A stretch of 63,678 nucleotides of DNA, counting the filler, from Conidiobolus incongruus B7586 (lineage: Eukaryota): assembly GCA_000697335.1 (NCBI GenBank). It is 8 parts of 8 records of this genome, joined end to end, with 100 filler letters (N's around TTAATTAATTAA, not from the genome) between each part and the next. Parts side by side here need not be neighbours in the genome. Positions count along the whole stretch, not along the records: positions 1 to 20,907 come from JNEM01006142.1; positions 21,008 to 25,380 come from JNEM01006143.1; positions 25,481 to 27,158 come from JNEM01006145.1; 5 more parts are not named here. The stretch is one strand, 5' to 3'. Position numbers and translations under genes: made by a program. The stretch's first letter is position 1; every line of letters starts with the position of its first letter. The notes beneath the pieces were generated by a model. That model made no database searches, had not been told where the DNA came from, and was given only the letters and a program-made list of their open reading frames with translations. Below are positions 11,726-25,631 of this stretch, piece after piece.

Positions 11726-12211
11726 TTAGAAGAAGGCAGCAACAATACCTAATGAGAGAGCGAGGAAGGAAGCGCTGGCGAATTGGGAGGAGGCATCGCC
11801 AGTCTTGTTTTGGGAGTTAGATCCGGATTCGGTCTTACTGACAGAGTCTCTGGAGCCGGAGGACTTAGAAGCATCGGAAGCAGAACCGGTGGCACTAGTC
11901 TTTTCAGAAGCGCTAGTAGCGGTGGAAGTGGGCTTCTTAGCGCCGGGAACATTACAGTAAATATCGACTTGAGCTTGTTGGAGCTTAGCTTTACCCTTGT
12001 TAACTTCATCGTCGGGGCAGTTGATGTAACATTGCAATAAGGCTTGGTTCTTTTCACATTTGCAAACAGCATCGTCACCACAGTGGTTGAGAGCAGCTTC
12101 AGCGTCACTGACACATTTGTCGACAACATTTTGAGCAGCACACTTCTTAGCAGATTGGGCAGTGATGGGGGAGAGAATAGCAGGAATGATAGCAAGCAAA
12201 CTCAATTTCAT
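11726..12211 (-). CDS. Secreted, probably GPI-anchored Cys-domain plus Ser/Thr-rich protein (161 aa)
   Basis: Signal peptide MKLSLLAIIPAILSPITA, a Cys-rich domain (CAAQNVVDKC...C...C.C...CYINCP...YC), an S/T stalk and a hydrophobic C-terminal tail. Confidence 0.85.
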   Translation of the reverse strand: MKLSLLAIIPAILSPITAQSAKKCAAQNVVDKCVSDAEAALNHCGDDAVCKCEKNQALLQCYINCPDDEVNKGKAKLQQAQVDIYCNVPGAKKPTSTATSASEKTSATGSASDASKSSGSRDSVSKTESGSNSQNKTGDASSQFASASFLALSLGIVAAFF

Positions 12212-14713
12212 TTTAATAAAACAAGTCAATCCAAAGCAAATATCAAAAAAACTATTCACCCATTTTGCAATCTCTAACCTATTTATACCTATTAGTGGTC
12301 GAAATTCATTTATTCACATTAAATTATTTAGCACTTGTCCAACTATTCATCACACCGTTTCAATTTCCTAATATCTTAAACCCAATTTTAACCAACATGA
12401 ATTTAAACATTATGTTCATTCTGCCAATCCCCAAAAATGGTAATCAGATATTCAATTCAAAAATTTAATGTTTAGATAAATTGAGCATGGGCGTATTGTA
12501 ATTCCTAATTTGAAAATAGTTAGTATGCTAGTAAATAAGAGTTATCTTTTCTTGAATTTATTATCATTAAAAGGTTAGCTAAATCATGGCATACTATTAA
12601 ATGATTATATAATATTATTTGGATTATCATTCATTTTTAATGTAAAATTTTCAATATCTTTTATATTCAAGTTATATGATCATCCCAATCAGTTTATTCC
12701 TAAATATAATCAAGTACTCAATAAAGTATGGAAATAATGTGTTAATAGATGAAATTTGAGATAAAAATAATCTTTTGTTCTAATCATATCAATTGATTCA
12801 AATATAGTATTTTTGACTAAGAGATTTTGAATCATGTATCATAAATATTTTTCCAAATGCTATTGATAGATTAATATTCATTAAAATGAATAAACAATGG
12901 TGCAATTGATCCATCATCATATACTTTTAAATTGTTGAAAGCTTATCAAAAATAACTGAAAAAGAACTAGAAACCTTCTGAGATATTTGTAATATGTAAT
13001 AATTGATTAGTTCAAATAGTGCTGTTTTTGAGGATATATTTGATATTTTTTTGCTTTTTTAAATACAATTATGCAGAAATATGATTGGAATTTCTAGACT
13101 GAATAAATCTACTTGATCAATTAATATTAGTCAAAGTATTTATAGATTTCATTTAAAACTTAATTTTTTAACTATTTTGAGATAACTGTTTACAGCCACA
13201 GATATAAATGCTATTGTTATTTGAATTTTATAATCCAACCATTACAGAAGCATATTAATAAAAAACACATCTACTACACTCTAATGGTTTAATGTCTCAT
13301 TGTAAAAATCTATTTATATTAAAATTTTTTCAAATTAAAATCCAACTTCTTAAGTCAATTGGTGTAAATAACTTTGATTATAACTAAATGAATTGTTCAG
13401 AATATTACAAAGTTTCTCTCGATCATTTAACCAATTGAAGAATGTATCAATCTATATATTTTAAACTTCAAATTATATTATTATAGTTTTTCATAATACT
13501 TATCAATATTTTATACGCAATTCTATTTTATAAGCAATTATTTTGGATTGATGAGTTAATATTCAAAAAAATAACGATTTAGAATATAAGGAAATATCTA
13601 TTAAAATCATTATTAGTCCTGGTTTTTTGAATAGTAAGCTATAAAACTATAATATCAATCATAAATATATTTAAGTTGAAATTAACGATTACTGGTTATT
13701 TTTTGAAAGGTTGAAGAGTTTAAATCAACATATACTTAAATAACTTTTTATTTATATTTTCAATTTTATAACGATTTAAATATTGTTATATTATTTAAAT
13801 ACTATATGCTTTTGATTTGGATATTTGAGGTTATTATAATAAAAGAATTAATATGAAATTATTATGCAGAAAATATGAGATATATCTTTGGATATAATTA
13901 AACAGTCTTTGTTGTCATTTTTGAAATTCATTAAGCTTATCATATCCCACTCTACATATTTGAATATTTAGCTAAATTCTAATTCAAGAAATTAAATGAC
14001 ATAACTCAATTGAAAAATGATTTGTTAAGAAAATTTTCGAAAAACCTTCAAAAATAACACTATATATATCTCATCGTTTTATTGATGTTTAACGTTAAAA
14101 CAATTCTTAAAACCTTAATAAATTTTCTTGTATAGTTAATAGCAAATAAATATCAACGATAGAAGCGAATCGCTTCATATGTAACAAAAATGATACTCAA
14201 ACATGAAAATTGGATTATTTGAATAAAACAATTTCAAATTAACATATTTCCATTAGATAATATATTCTTTATTAATCAAGTATCTAATAGTTACTATTTT
14301 GGTAACAATGATATCAAACAAGTCACTTGTTTTTTATTCATTTTTCATTATAAATTTCACATTGACAGCGATTATATTAATCATATATATACTTTTAACA
14401 TTCCAATTTATAATTGAAAAAATTCTAAGAATTAAAAAAACTAAATTTAAGATATATATATATATATATATATATCATTTAACTTCAAATATATTATTGG
14501 ATATTATTAGATATCATAATGTATATTATTCGAAAACTTTTTCAATTTGAATTTCTGGAGCTTTTATAATATTAAACACAATGAAAAACTATAAATAACA
14601 TAATTTTAAATAATAATAACTATTTATTGATTATTCATAAAAAAATAGACAAGTATTCAATATATTCAAATAGCAATGAAAAATAACCAATAAGTTTAAA
14701 AAGAGAAAAATAT

Positions 14714-15141
14714 TTAAAAATCAATTCCAAAACGTTCGATGGGGTCGATACTAATCGGTTGGTCAGCTTCCACTTCTTCAATAATACCGGCATAAGGTGC
14801 ATTCAACTGGTCAACAGCTCTTTGTACGAAAGCTCTACTGGATTTAGCACTAAATCCGTTAATTATTGATAAATCATGGTGGAATTCCCCGTTGGAACAT
14901 AATAAATCGATGACGAATTGTCTTTTATCAGAGTTCGAAGTTCCGTCTTTAAACATGAATATATATGTATTATCAGATCTAGCTAGAATAATTTATTAAT
15001 TTGAAATTCAAATTTATAAAATATATCTATTTTACCTGTTTCTTTTAACTTCGCTTCTCTTAAACAGCTTTTTTTATCAAACTTCTTAGGGTCAAACTTT
15101 CCAAATGTACTCTGAGCTTGACAAGTTATCAATAATAGCAT
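14714..15141 (-). CDS. Small secreted peptidase-inhibitor I9 / subtilisin-propeptide-like protein (2 exons; start uncertain)
   Basis: Exon ...LITCQAQST...KETA spliced via intron 14983-15035 (GTAAAA...TTCTAG) in frame to RSDNTYIFMFKDG...GEFHHDLSIINGFSA...IEEVEADQPI, which fits the I9 pattern YIxxFK...GFSA...VExD. Confidence 0.6.
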
Positions 15142-16224
15142 AAAAGCTAAAAAGCTATAGCCAAATTTAATAAAATGAGAAATAATTTTAATTAGTTAAA
15201 TTACTTAAAGATAATTTTTATCATTATTAACAAAGAAATAAATATTTAATAAAATTTTTAATAAAATAAAGGTAATTATACTTATTTTAAATAATTATGA
15301 AACGAAGAAATGAATTTATGAAATTTAAAAGTTGCCTTTACAAACAAGAATAATTTATTCTTGGTTACAGGAATAATTGGAATTTAATTCTATTCACTTG
15401 ATAAAAAACTAAATAAAAATAAATATAATGCTGAAATAAATTAATTTTATTGAAATACACCAATGTAGATATTATATATTAAAGCCTTTTTATTGATATA
15501 ATATTATAACTTTTATAACAATATACTATTATATTAAAATATAATAAATCAATCTCATATTATATTAAGGTAATACTTTATTTAGAATAAATTATATTGA
15601 TAACTAAAATTATATATTCAATTTGTAAAATTAAAGCGACTTTGGATTATTACTAGTTTATAACCATTTATTTGATTGGTTAAAATATTATTTTATTTTA
15701 AAGTTATTTCTGTAAATATAAATTATATATAAATTACTTTAATCAATTTGGCGAAATTGATAGGAATAATTTAATTCCAATATCATTTAACCTAATTAAT
15801 TTAACTGAGATGATCAATTACTTATAAAAAATTTAGACTTAAGTGTATTACATTTGAAATTGAAAATTATATATAGTTTTTTATTAGCGTTATTATTTAT
15901 AAAAATATACGTTTATATATATATTATTCTGTTCCTAAATTCTAATATGATACTTGGCATCAACATCAGAAAATTATATAATTAAATAATTAAATATTAT
16001 AATTGAGTATATTTCAACTAGTAATAAAAACAAATGTATTAAATAATAATGATAATAATTTTTTTATTTTTATATAAAATAATACATTTTAATAATTCCA
16101 AATAAACCATAATAAGATCAGTTTGACTCTGATTATTTAATAAAATGAAGTCAATGAAAGATTATATTGTTCGATATTATTTTTATAGGTATACGATTCT
16201 CCAATTTCTATTCGATCTTAGGAT

Positions 16225-18254
16225 TTAAGGTTCAATTTTCAATACATCCATTAATTTATAGGTATTACTATTGGCATTAAATAATCTAAGATTTTTAATA
16301 TTAATATATAATATATATTGTCAAAGCAAGTTTCAACTTACCCGATTCGTCCTTGTAATTTGTCTCTAACTAAAGTTAAGTAAACAATCAAGGTTAAGAA
16401 TAAATTGAATCTTCCCTATAAATTCAAAATAATTTATATTAAATTTGGTGTCAAACCTCTAAAGTTTTGGTAAATTTACCTCAGGCAAATCGAGTAATCT
16501 GTTTTGATCAATGACACCATATTTGAGATGGTTAGGCTCTAATTCCTTAATAAATAATCCCTCTAAATCGTGGGGTCTACGATTCCATCCGAGTCGAAGT
16601 TCCTTGCTAAAGCTGCGGTTAGTCAACCAACTAGCTCCATGGTGATTACAATTGAGGTCGATGTAAGTACTGAAGAGATGGAAAATTAATTCACTATCTG
16701 TGGGATATTCATGAGTCCAATGATCTTTAGCATCACCACCAGAATTCCAGCGATAGTGGGTCATAAAATCGCCTTCAGCAAGTTTACAAATACGATAAAT
16801 CATATATTCACGACATTCGTACTCGCCCAAATTCAAATATCTTTCCAATTGTAACCTACCTTGGATAGTGGGATGAGTTGGATACATTTTGTAAAGCTCT
16901 CTTAATGAAGTTGGAAAGTTGGTGTTAATTGGTTGAGTATCAAAAATAGTTACCATTTCTTCTAATGGAAGAGTCGCGCTTAAAAGTGTGAGATGAGGTA
17001 ACTGCTGTTCAATGAGGAATTGATCGATTCCATTAATAGCTTCAACCAACGATTTTAATAATTGCTTAGAAATCCAATGACGTAACTGTTGAATCAATTG
17101 ATATTGGGTATCTTGAAGTTTGAACTCTTCGATAGTACTACTGGGATCAAGGTAGCTCATGCCAGGGATCAATTGATCTTGATATTGAGATTCTTTGTGA
17201 GATGTAGGGAGAGGAGCGGGGTGATATTTGGGATGGGTAGGTGCAGGTGTAGCAGAGGGAACAGTAGGACGAAAAGTTGACAAAGGAGCAGCGCCAAAAT
17301 GTAAAGAGGGGACAGCTTGGTTCGTGGATTGCATCCTAAAAATCATTTAATTTAATTGAATTTAGAAGATGAAACAATAATATTACTGAAGTTGAGACTG
17401 GAATTGAGGTTGAGTCTGAGGTTGATGTTGGGTGAATAAAGGACGATAAGCTGGAGGTTGAAAAGCAAAGGGTGCAGAATTAAGATTAGGTTGAACTGTG
17501 GTAGTATTGATAGGTGCAGGAGCAGGAGCAGCTGAATCTGATGATGATTTCAACCCTTTGAAAAAATCACCAAAAGAGAAAAATATACTTAAATATAATT
17601 TAATAGTTGTGACGAAATCTTCTTTAGGTTGTTCAGTTACACTTTCACTGGGGATGGGAGCAGGTTTAGCGGGCTGTGTAACAATAGTGGGAGGTAAAGT
17701 AATCACTTTATAAGCAGAATGACTCAGATGTATAAAAATCAAGCAGCCAAAGATATATGCTAGTGTAAGTATTAGTAAAGACTTTAAATATAGTATTAAC
17801 TTGGAGAATTTACTAGCTAACCAAGTGAAAGGAATAAATTTAGACAATTTGTTGTAAAGATTGGTATATATAAGAGTGAATAAACCGACAAGAGAACCAG
17901 AGAAAAAGAATAACTCTCTCATTGCGGCATTAAAGAGAGGGTTTGCTAATTAAAGTTTAAAAAAATATTTAAAGAAATTAAAAATAAATATATACCTTGT
18001 TCAGTTTGTGATAAAGAATCAGAATCAGGATTTGAAGCTTGTTTGAGATAACCTGGTAATTTCTGTTTATCAGCTTGAGAGGTGGAAATAGAGTAATCTG
18101 TATTGAAAGTTTTGTCATCCTTATTTTTCTCCTTTTCAATTTCGCTAGGTAATAGAGGGGCAGGATCCTTTTTACTAGGTTGGGAATGTTTTGTTGGTGG
18201 TTGTTTTGGTAAAAGTTTTTCCACACCTTCATACCATTGAAGGTTTTCCGACAT
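16225..18254 (-). CDS. TMEM209/NET31-like nuclear envelope protein (CytochromB561_N family), ~5 exons
   Basis: Two N-terminal TM segments; motifs LRHWIS, EYMIYRICKLAEG, YRWNSGG and PTDSELIFHLFSTYID. The last exons splice to GRFNLF...GRIGLFN...KIEP* with stop at 16225-16227. Confidence 0.8.
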
Positions 18255-18843
18255 CTTTAACTACTTTATAATTGATAATTATTTTATGAATAATAGAGTT
18301 TTTAGTTAAAAATTGCTGTGTTTGATGCAATTGTAATAATTTTATATATGTATTTTGTAATCAATGGATATGAAAACACATTATTTAATTCAATTTCATT
18401 GTGTAATAAATTATGGGATACATTGGCTGTATAATAACCCAAAGCTATAATTAAGTAAATTTTTTTCAAAATATATATAATTATAGAAACAACCTGTCAA
18501 AAAATAATTATATTGAAAAACCGATTTAATCAACATCCATAAAGCTACAAATTGTATTTCTCTAGAGTATTATTTTCAGTTTTAATCTATTACTTATCAA
18601 TGAAATTTAAAAAAATAAATATATGAAATATCACTTGTTCAACAATCTTTATTCATACATTAATTTAAAAATAATTTATAAGATAAAAATATCTTGAACA
18701 GTTTGATTAATATTTCCAAAATTAATATATATTTCCAAATAAAATATGAGTAACAATAAGGATACTAAAGAACTAAAATAAATGTTTAGGTAAAAGGTTA
18801 ATTGAAATATAACAGTCTAAATTTATTTATTCAAAAATATAAC

Positions 18844-19233
18844 TTATCTGCGTCTTTTAACTTCTTCAACCATTTTGTTAAATTGCTCTGTAGTTTCCGC
18901 CATAAACGTCTTAAATCCTTCATTTTCTTTAATTTGTTTGGTTATATCTTCAAATTGCGCTCTAGTTTCTTTATCCATTTTACTCTTTAATAGAGGTACA
19001 CCCATTTCATAAAAGAGCTTAGCCTTATCCAAGAGACCGTCCAGTGTATGGGAACCTGACGGTTGTTCATTTTTTAAAGCTAGTCTGGGAGTTTCCTTCT
19101 GAGTGATTTTACCAGAATCCGATCCAGTAAGACTTTTAGTCAAATCATCGAAAAATCCTCTACGAATGGCAAAACCATTGACATTTGTAGCAAACATAAA
19201 TAATCCAATAATACTAGTACCAAAAATTTTCAT
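18844..19233 (-). CDS. Small secreted alpha-helical protein (129 aa)
   Basis: ATG at 19233, signal peptide MKIFGTSIIGLFMFATNVNG, dibasic RR soon after the cleavage site, Lys/Glu-rich amphipathic helices, no Cys. Confidence 0.7.
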   Translation of the reverse strand: MKIFGTSIIGLFMFATNVNGFAIRRGFFDDLTKSLTGSDSGKITQKETPRLALKNEQPSGSHTLDGLLDKAKLFYEMGVPLLKSKMDKETRAQFEDITKQIKENEGFKTFMAETTEQFNKMVEEVKRRR

Positions 19234-20907
19234 TTTAACAATTGATTTAAATTTAAAAGTAATATAAGTATTAAATAGTTTAAAAAACACCAAAATTATA
19301 AACACTGGTCAAAGCTATTTATACTTGTTTTATTTATGTTATTTTTGAATTTAATTCGTCCAAGAATATTATGCGATTGATGTGATGGCATAATATTGAT
19401 ACTTAATTCATTTATGTATGAATAAAACCTCTAGGATGCTGATAAATAAATTTATCAAACCTCAATTTTTAACTCATTTCCCATCCATGATTCTTTCACA
19501 TATTATTTTTATGAATTATCTTTTGTGTATTATATATTAATATCAAAATTTCAACTTGATGACAATAAAAAATGAGTTATGAATTTTTCAAAATTTGCAA
19601 ATTTTAAAAGAAAAACTTTCCAAATTAGCAATTATTATTCAGACAAGAGTTAAGTTTAAATCAATATATATATATATATATATTACATTAAATCTGTTAT
19701 TAAATGATTACTTTCGAATTCAATATAACTTGATTTTTTGAATAATCACACGACTACAGTCAATAAAAATTGATCCAAAAATAATTTTTATTCTTTATAA
19801 TTTTTCGATTAAACGCTCAAAAAACATTCAATATTATATTTTATATTCACCAATTCATCACCATCCATAGTAAATTGATTTATCACAAATTTATACATTA
19901 TTTTGCAATTTAAATATTTAAAACCATATAAGATAAAACATCAAATATTAAAATATTATATCAATCATAAATTACTTATGAAAACATTTTCATTCTTCAA
20001 TATCAAGGAAAATATATCTATTCAAACGAAATAGATCAAAGATTAAAGGATATTATTATTTAATTTATTATTGAATCAATAATCCAGAATAATATTTTAC
20101 ATATTATAATATCAAGGAAAAACTTATGCAAATTTTGATTCAAATTATTTGTATATTATATTATCTCTAGATCTATTTTCTGTTGCTACTCACTTCAATT
20201 TAGCTCCTTATAATAATATTTTTCTTAAAATAGCTATAAAATTTTATCATAATATCTTATATAAGAATTAATTGCTTAATTTAATTATGATATTATTACA
20301 AAGTTATATCACTTATTATTTTTTTAGTATATTTTACTCTTACATAAAAATATACAATTCTCAGTATAATCTAATATTTTAAAATATTAAATTTATGATA
20401 TAATTCTTGAATGTTAGTTGATTTACAATATATTATTATTATTATAATAGTATTTACACTAAATATTATCATTGAAGAATAATAAAGATATAAATTTATT
20501 AATTATTTAATCACTATATTAATATATTCAATGGAAAAAATATTTATTAAATATTTCATTTAATATATGATAAATTTGTATTTTTTTAAAAAATTATTTG
20601 TATATATTGTTAATTAACTATAAAAAATTATTTTTCAATTATAATATTTTACCAACTATATTTACTTTAATATTTTTTCATTTTTAATATTTTGTGGTTT
20701 ATTTTATAAAATGTAATTTATATTTTTCTAAATATTTCATAATTATTAAATAATATAATAGAGTATAAATTTAATTTTATAATAATTTTACTAAAAAGGC
20801 TTTGAAATCCATATTATTTATTTTAAAAATATATTTTATATCTTTATAAAATAACTATTTATTTTTTAAAATAGTTTTTTTAATTAATGAAATTTTATTT
20901 AATATTT

Positions 20908-21007
20908 NNNNNNNNNNNNNNNNNNNNNNNNNNNNNNNNNNNNNNNNNNNNTTAATTAATTAANNNNNNNNNNNNNNNNNNNNNNNNNNNNNNNNNNNNN
21001 NNNNNNN
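20908..21007. other. Assembly gap with TTAATTAATTAA six-frame stop linker
   Basis: N44-TTAATTAATTAA-N44. The identical construct recurs at 25381-25480, 27159-27258, 49878-49977, 53131-53230, 60503-60602 and 62080-62179. Confidence 0.99.
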
Positions 21008-22636
21008 GAAGTTGAATACAAGGGTGAGAAAAAGACTTTCACTCCCGAAGAAATTTCATCTATGGTCTTGGTTAAGATGCGCGAAGTTGCTGAAGCTTAT
21101 CTTGGAACCAAAGTCACGGATGCTGTCATTACTGTCCCTGCATATTTTAACGATTCTCAACGTCAAGCTACCAAGGATGCCGGTGTTATTGCTGGTTTGA
21201 ATGTCCTCCGTATTATCAACGAACCCACTGCTGCTGCTATTGCTTATGGCTTAGACAAACAGGCTAAAGGTGAAAAGAACGTGTTGATTTTCGATTTGGG
21301 TGGTGGTACTTTCGATGTCTCCTTGCTAACAATTGATGAAGGTGTCTTCGAGGACAAAGCTACTGCTGGTGATACTCATTTAGGTGGTGAAGATTTTGAT
21401 AACAGATTGGTCAATCATTTTGTTCAAGAATTCAAACGTAAGAACAAGAAAGACTTGAGTAGCAATGCTCGTGCTCTTCGTCGTCTTAGAACCGCTTGTG
21501 AACGTGCTAAGCGTACCTTATCTTCTGCTGCTCAAACTACCATTGAAATTGATTCTTTATTCGAAGGTATTGACTTCTACACCTCCATCACTCGTGCTAG
21601 ATTCGAAGAACTCTGTCAAGATCTCTTCCGCTCAACCATGGAACCAGTCGAAAAGGTTCTTCGCGACTCCAAGATCGACAAATCATCTGTCCATGAAGTT
21701 GTATTAGTCGGTGGTTCCACCCGTATTCCTAAGATTCAAAAGATGGTTTCAGAATTTTTCAATGGTAAAGAACCCTGCAAATCCATCAATCCCGATGAAG
21801 CTGTTGCCTATGGAGCTGCTGTCCAAGCTGCTATCTTGACTGGTGATACTTCATCAAAGACTCAAGATCTCTTGTTGTTGGATGTTGCTCCTCTTTCTCT
21901 GGGTATTGAAACAGCTGGTGGTATTATGACTACCCTTATCAAGCGTAATTCTACAGTCCCCACGAAGAAATCAGAAATTTTCACCACTTATGCTGATAAT
22001 CAACCAGGTGTCAAGATCCAAGTCTATGAAGGTGAACGTCCGCGTACCAAGGATAATAACTTGCTTGGTCAATTCCAGCTTAATGGTATTCCTCCTGCTC
22101 CTCGTGGTGTTCCTCAAATTGAAGTTTCCTTCGATATTGATGCCAATGGTATTTTGAATGTCTCTGCATCCGATAAGTCCACTGGTAAATCTAACAAGAT
22201 CACTATTACCAACGACAAAGGACGACTCTCCAAAGAAGATATTGAGCGTATGGTAGCTGAAGCCGAAAAGTATAAGGAAGAAGATGAAGCTGCTGCTGCT
22301 CGTATCACCGCCCGCAATGGTTTGGAATCATACACCTACAACCTCAAAAACACCATTAACGATGCTAATTTGTCCAGTAAGCTAGATGCTGCTGACAAGA
22401 AGAAACTCGAAGATGCCATCAATGAAACTACCACTTGGTTGGATAACTCAGCTGAAGCTTCCAAGGAAGAATATGAAGATAGACAAAAGGAACTTGAAGG
22501 TATTGCTAATCCCATTATGACCAAACTTTACCAAGGAGGAGGTTCTGCTGGAGGTATGCCTGGTGGTTTCCCAGGTGCAGGTGCTTCTTACCCCAACCAA
22601 GGTAGTGCTGGACCTACCGTTGAAGAAGTTGACTAA
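21008..22636 (+). CDS. HSP70: Cytosolic Hsp70 (SSA type), 5' end lost in gap
   Basis: In frame from the gap ([21 protein letters not shown]...). [43 protein letters not shown], and C-terminal GPTVEEVD. Confidence 0.98.
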   Translation, partial: EVEYKGEKKTFTPEEISSMVLVKMREVAEAYLGTKVTDAVITVPAYFNDSQRQATKDAGVIAGLNVLRIINEPTAAAIAYGLDKQAKGEKNVLIFDLGGGTFDVSLLTIDEGVFEDKATAGDTHLGGEDFDNRLVNHFVQEFKRKNKKDLSSNARALRRLRTACERAKRTLSSAAQTTIEIDSLFEGIDFYTSITRARFEELCQDLFRSTMEPVEKVLRDSKIDKSSVHEVVLVGGSTRIPKIQKMVSEFFNGKEPCKSINPDEAVAYGAAVQAAILTGDTSSKTQDLLLLDVAPLSLGIETAGGIMTTLIKRNSTVPTKKSEIFTTYADNQPGVKIQVYEGERPRTKDNNLLGQFQLNGIPPAPRGVPQIEVSFDIDANGILNVSASDKSTGKSNKITITNDKGRLSKEDIERMVAEAEKYKEEDEAAAARITARNGLESYTYNLKNTINDANLSSKLDAADKKKLEDAINETTTWLDNSAEASKEEYEDRQKELEGIANPIMTKLYQGGGSAGGMPGGFPGAGASYPNQGSAGPTVEEVD

Positions 22637-23739
22637 GTATAAAATTCTTACTTGATTCATTGCCTTGGTTCTTAATCTCAAATTTTAATTTTAATAAATA
22701 TAATAAATAATAGATATAATATAAATAATTTTTTAAATATTCACTTCAACACTAAAATATTTTTATACATTATCTGGTATCCTTATTTTTGATTAATTTG
22801 ACTGTGTTAAATGTATAAAATATATTTTTGTGCATAATACATTATAATTTTTAAATGTTCACTTTAATAAAATAATCAGATAAAACATATTGAAAGTACT
22901 AATTTTCAATGTTATTTAATACTAATTTAATTTTATATAGTTCAGATTAATTTGAAAGATATTGATATAGTAAATGTGATAAAAATGATTTTTTCATTAA
23001 ATTTAATTAATACAAATCGTTTCTGAATAATATGAAAATAACTTCAAATTGTGATAATATTTAATCCATTGTAAAATTACAATAAATTGATATTATCAAA
23101 ATGAATTAATAGATTAAATGTATAAATTGAAGTTAAATAACTAAATTTTAATAGATATTTTAATTGATAACAATATTTATATTTAAATTTTGTAATTTGT
23201 GTTGTATATTTAAATATATCGATTTGCTCTTTATAAATTCATTGTTTTATCTAATTATGTCACCTTTATATATTTTATTCAATTTTCTTATTAAATCATT
23301 ATAATTTAAATTTGTAATTGGAATAATATAGCTTTCAATGAATATTTTCATATATATAATGAAGCTTTATTTTGTTATAGCTAATATGAACGGAAAATTC
23401 CTGAGTAAAACAGCAAGGGTTAAAATGATAAACTTTGAAATTGATGATAAATTATAGTTTAATATTATATAATTGTAACCACTTTAATCAAACCCGATTT
23501 ACAGTAATATCATATTAATAAAGTAACCAATCAACAGTATTTCAATCATCAGTTTCAATTGGTGAATTTTTGGTAATGTGATAAAATAATCCGATATTAA
23601 TTGAATTCAAAATTAGAATTAAATTTATCTATAAATTTATTATTTTTAGAACGAAAGAAATCTACTATAAAAACGGGGTGATATTCAAATGAATTTTTCA
23701 AAATCCCAGAAAATCTAAAAACATCCTTAAACTCTATTA

Positions 23740-25000
23740 AAACTACATACATATTAGTATAATAATGATACTTTGAAAATATATCTGATTGTATAAACTA
23801 TAAAAATTATATAAAATATTTGAGTGTAAATCAAAAATGGTGTCAATTCATTAGTCCAATGATTCATAAGAGATTGAAACTGTTGAGAGCTCAATATATT
23901 GAAAGTGAATACCATAATGATGAAAGTGTTAACAAGAGTAAATTATTCCAAGCTGAAGTGAAGGAATATATTAGAAAGAAAGCCAAACAAAGTCATAATA
24001 CAAAGTAATTCAAGATCAATATAAAATTAACAACAGACTTGACAAGCGAGTCTTTTTTGGAGTATTTGGCAATTTGATATTTTTTTAACCATTGATAACA
24101 TTCGAACCAGTGAAGAGATATTGATAAGAAGTTTAAAGTCATCGGAATTATGAACATCGAGTGATTAATTATGTAACTATTGACCAAATCAAAAGGAATC
24201 AACTTGAATTGGAAGCTGTTCAATTATTGCCGATGTTGGTTACTCTGAAATTGGTCATTATAAATTTTTTCAAAAATGCCTAACTCATCATCAATCCTTT
24301 GAAGATTCATACAAATTTGAAGGTGATTGTATTACAGAGCTGGAAATTACCAATATCTTCAAATCCTTTAACAGTGAATTATCCAAAAATACTTGTTTTG
24401 TGATGTTTCTTACACTGTTCTCATCCCGTATAGTTATGAAATAATTGAAGCAAATTTCCAGTTGATAGTATTTAAATATCATTCCAACAGCCTCAACTTT
24501 AAAATATTCAATTTGGAGACTTTGAGCTTGTAAAGTCTGATACCACATTAAATTGACCATGCCAGGGATATTAGATTTCAACATTCTACCAAACTAACTG
24601 GATTGAAATTTTACTAGCATGATCGAATTCAGGAATTCATTACTTCCATTTTGTTTCAATCTCTCAATTGAGAGATTTACAAATTCAACCAGACAATAAA
24701 TATACTATTTCAACCTGGTGCATTAAGTACAGGTGCAAAAATTTAAAGCGATTAGCTTATAATACCATTAAATATATTAATAACTTAGAAACTAAGAATA
24801 CTTTTGAAAATTTTCAGATATATGATTCCACAGTACCAGATATCCAAACAAGAAGGTATTGGAAATCCCAGCCTTCACTATTTCAATCTTTTGGAATTAC
24901 AATCATTTCATCTGTATCAATTTCTCAACTTAAACCATCCATTTCAATAACATTGATAGTAAATTAAATCATCATCAAATTTCAAAAATTCAATCTCACA
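23740..25000 (+). pseudogene. Degenerate F-box/LRR-like gene relic
   Basis: F-box-like segment YLSVNQKWCQFISPMIHKRLKL followed by fragmented LxxLxL repeats (NLKSLTV, LETLSL) broken by stops and frameshifts. Confidence 0.4.
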
Positions 25001-25480
25001 TTAATCAATTTAAACAGATTTTAAAAATTAAATCATTATTAATATCAATCAAGGAATTTAGTCTAACCCAATTATGAAATACTTTTTAATTAAGTAATAT
25101 CATTAATTGAATCATTTTTGGATAAATGGGTAACATTTTTCCAATTACTGGTTTAGCATATTTGTCTATATTTATTTTAAGAAAAGTGATATTTTTAGAT
25201 CTTTCCAATTAAATAGAGAATTTTTATATAAATTAAATATATATATATATATATATATATTTAATATAATCATATTATCTATTTCTTTATATTGATTTTA
25301 ATTATAATATATCATTAGATAATGATAAATAATTAATAGTAGTGAATTTGATATATTATAATAACTAATTAATAATAATANNNNNNNNNNNNNNNNNNNN
25401 NNNNNNNNNNNNNNNNNNNNNNNNTTAATTAATTAANNNNNNNNNNNNNNNNNNNNNNNNNNNNNNNNNNNNNNNNNNNN

Positions 25481-25629
25481 TTAGAAAAGTTAAAGGTAGA
25501 TACACTAGGTTTTAATTTTTTTTATCACTAAAAACCTACAAATTTATAACTCACTTTAGGTAAAATTTAATATTTTATATTATTAATAATTTTTGAATTA
25601 AATAATATTATTAATAAATATAATTATTA
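25481..25629 (+). mobile_element. Right-end fragment of a Tc1 copy (host of a nested insertion)
   Basis: Matches the transposase 3' end and inner repeat (AAAACCTACAAATTTATAACTCACTTTAGG) seen reverse-complemented at ~60870-61010 and ~62180-62310. Confidence 0.8.
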
Positions 25630-25631
25630 TA

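Noticed and set aside
19900..20907. Extremely AT-rich tract (also 48500-49877) as a centromere or origin
   Set aside because: No repeat structure or motif supports this. It could be fully decayed TE sequence but cannot be identified by eye.
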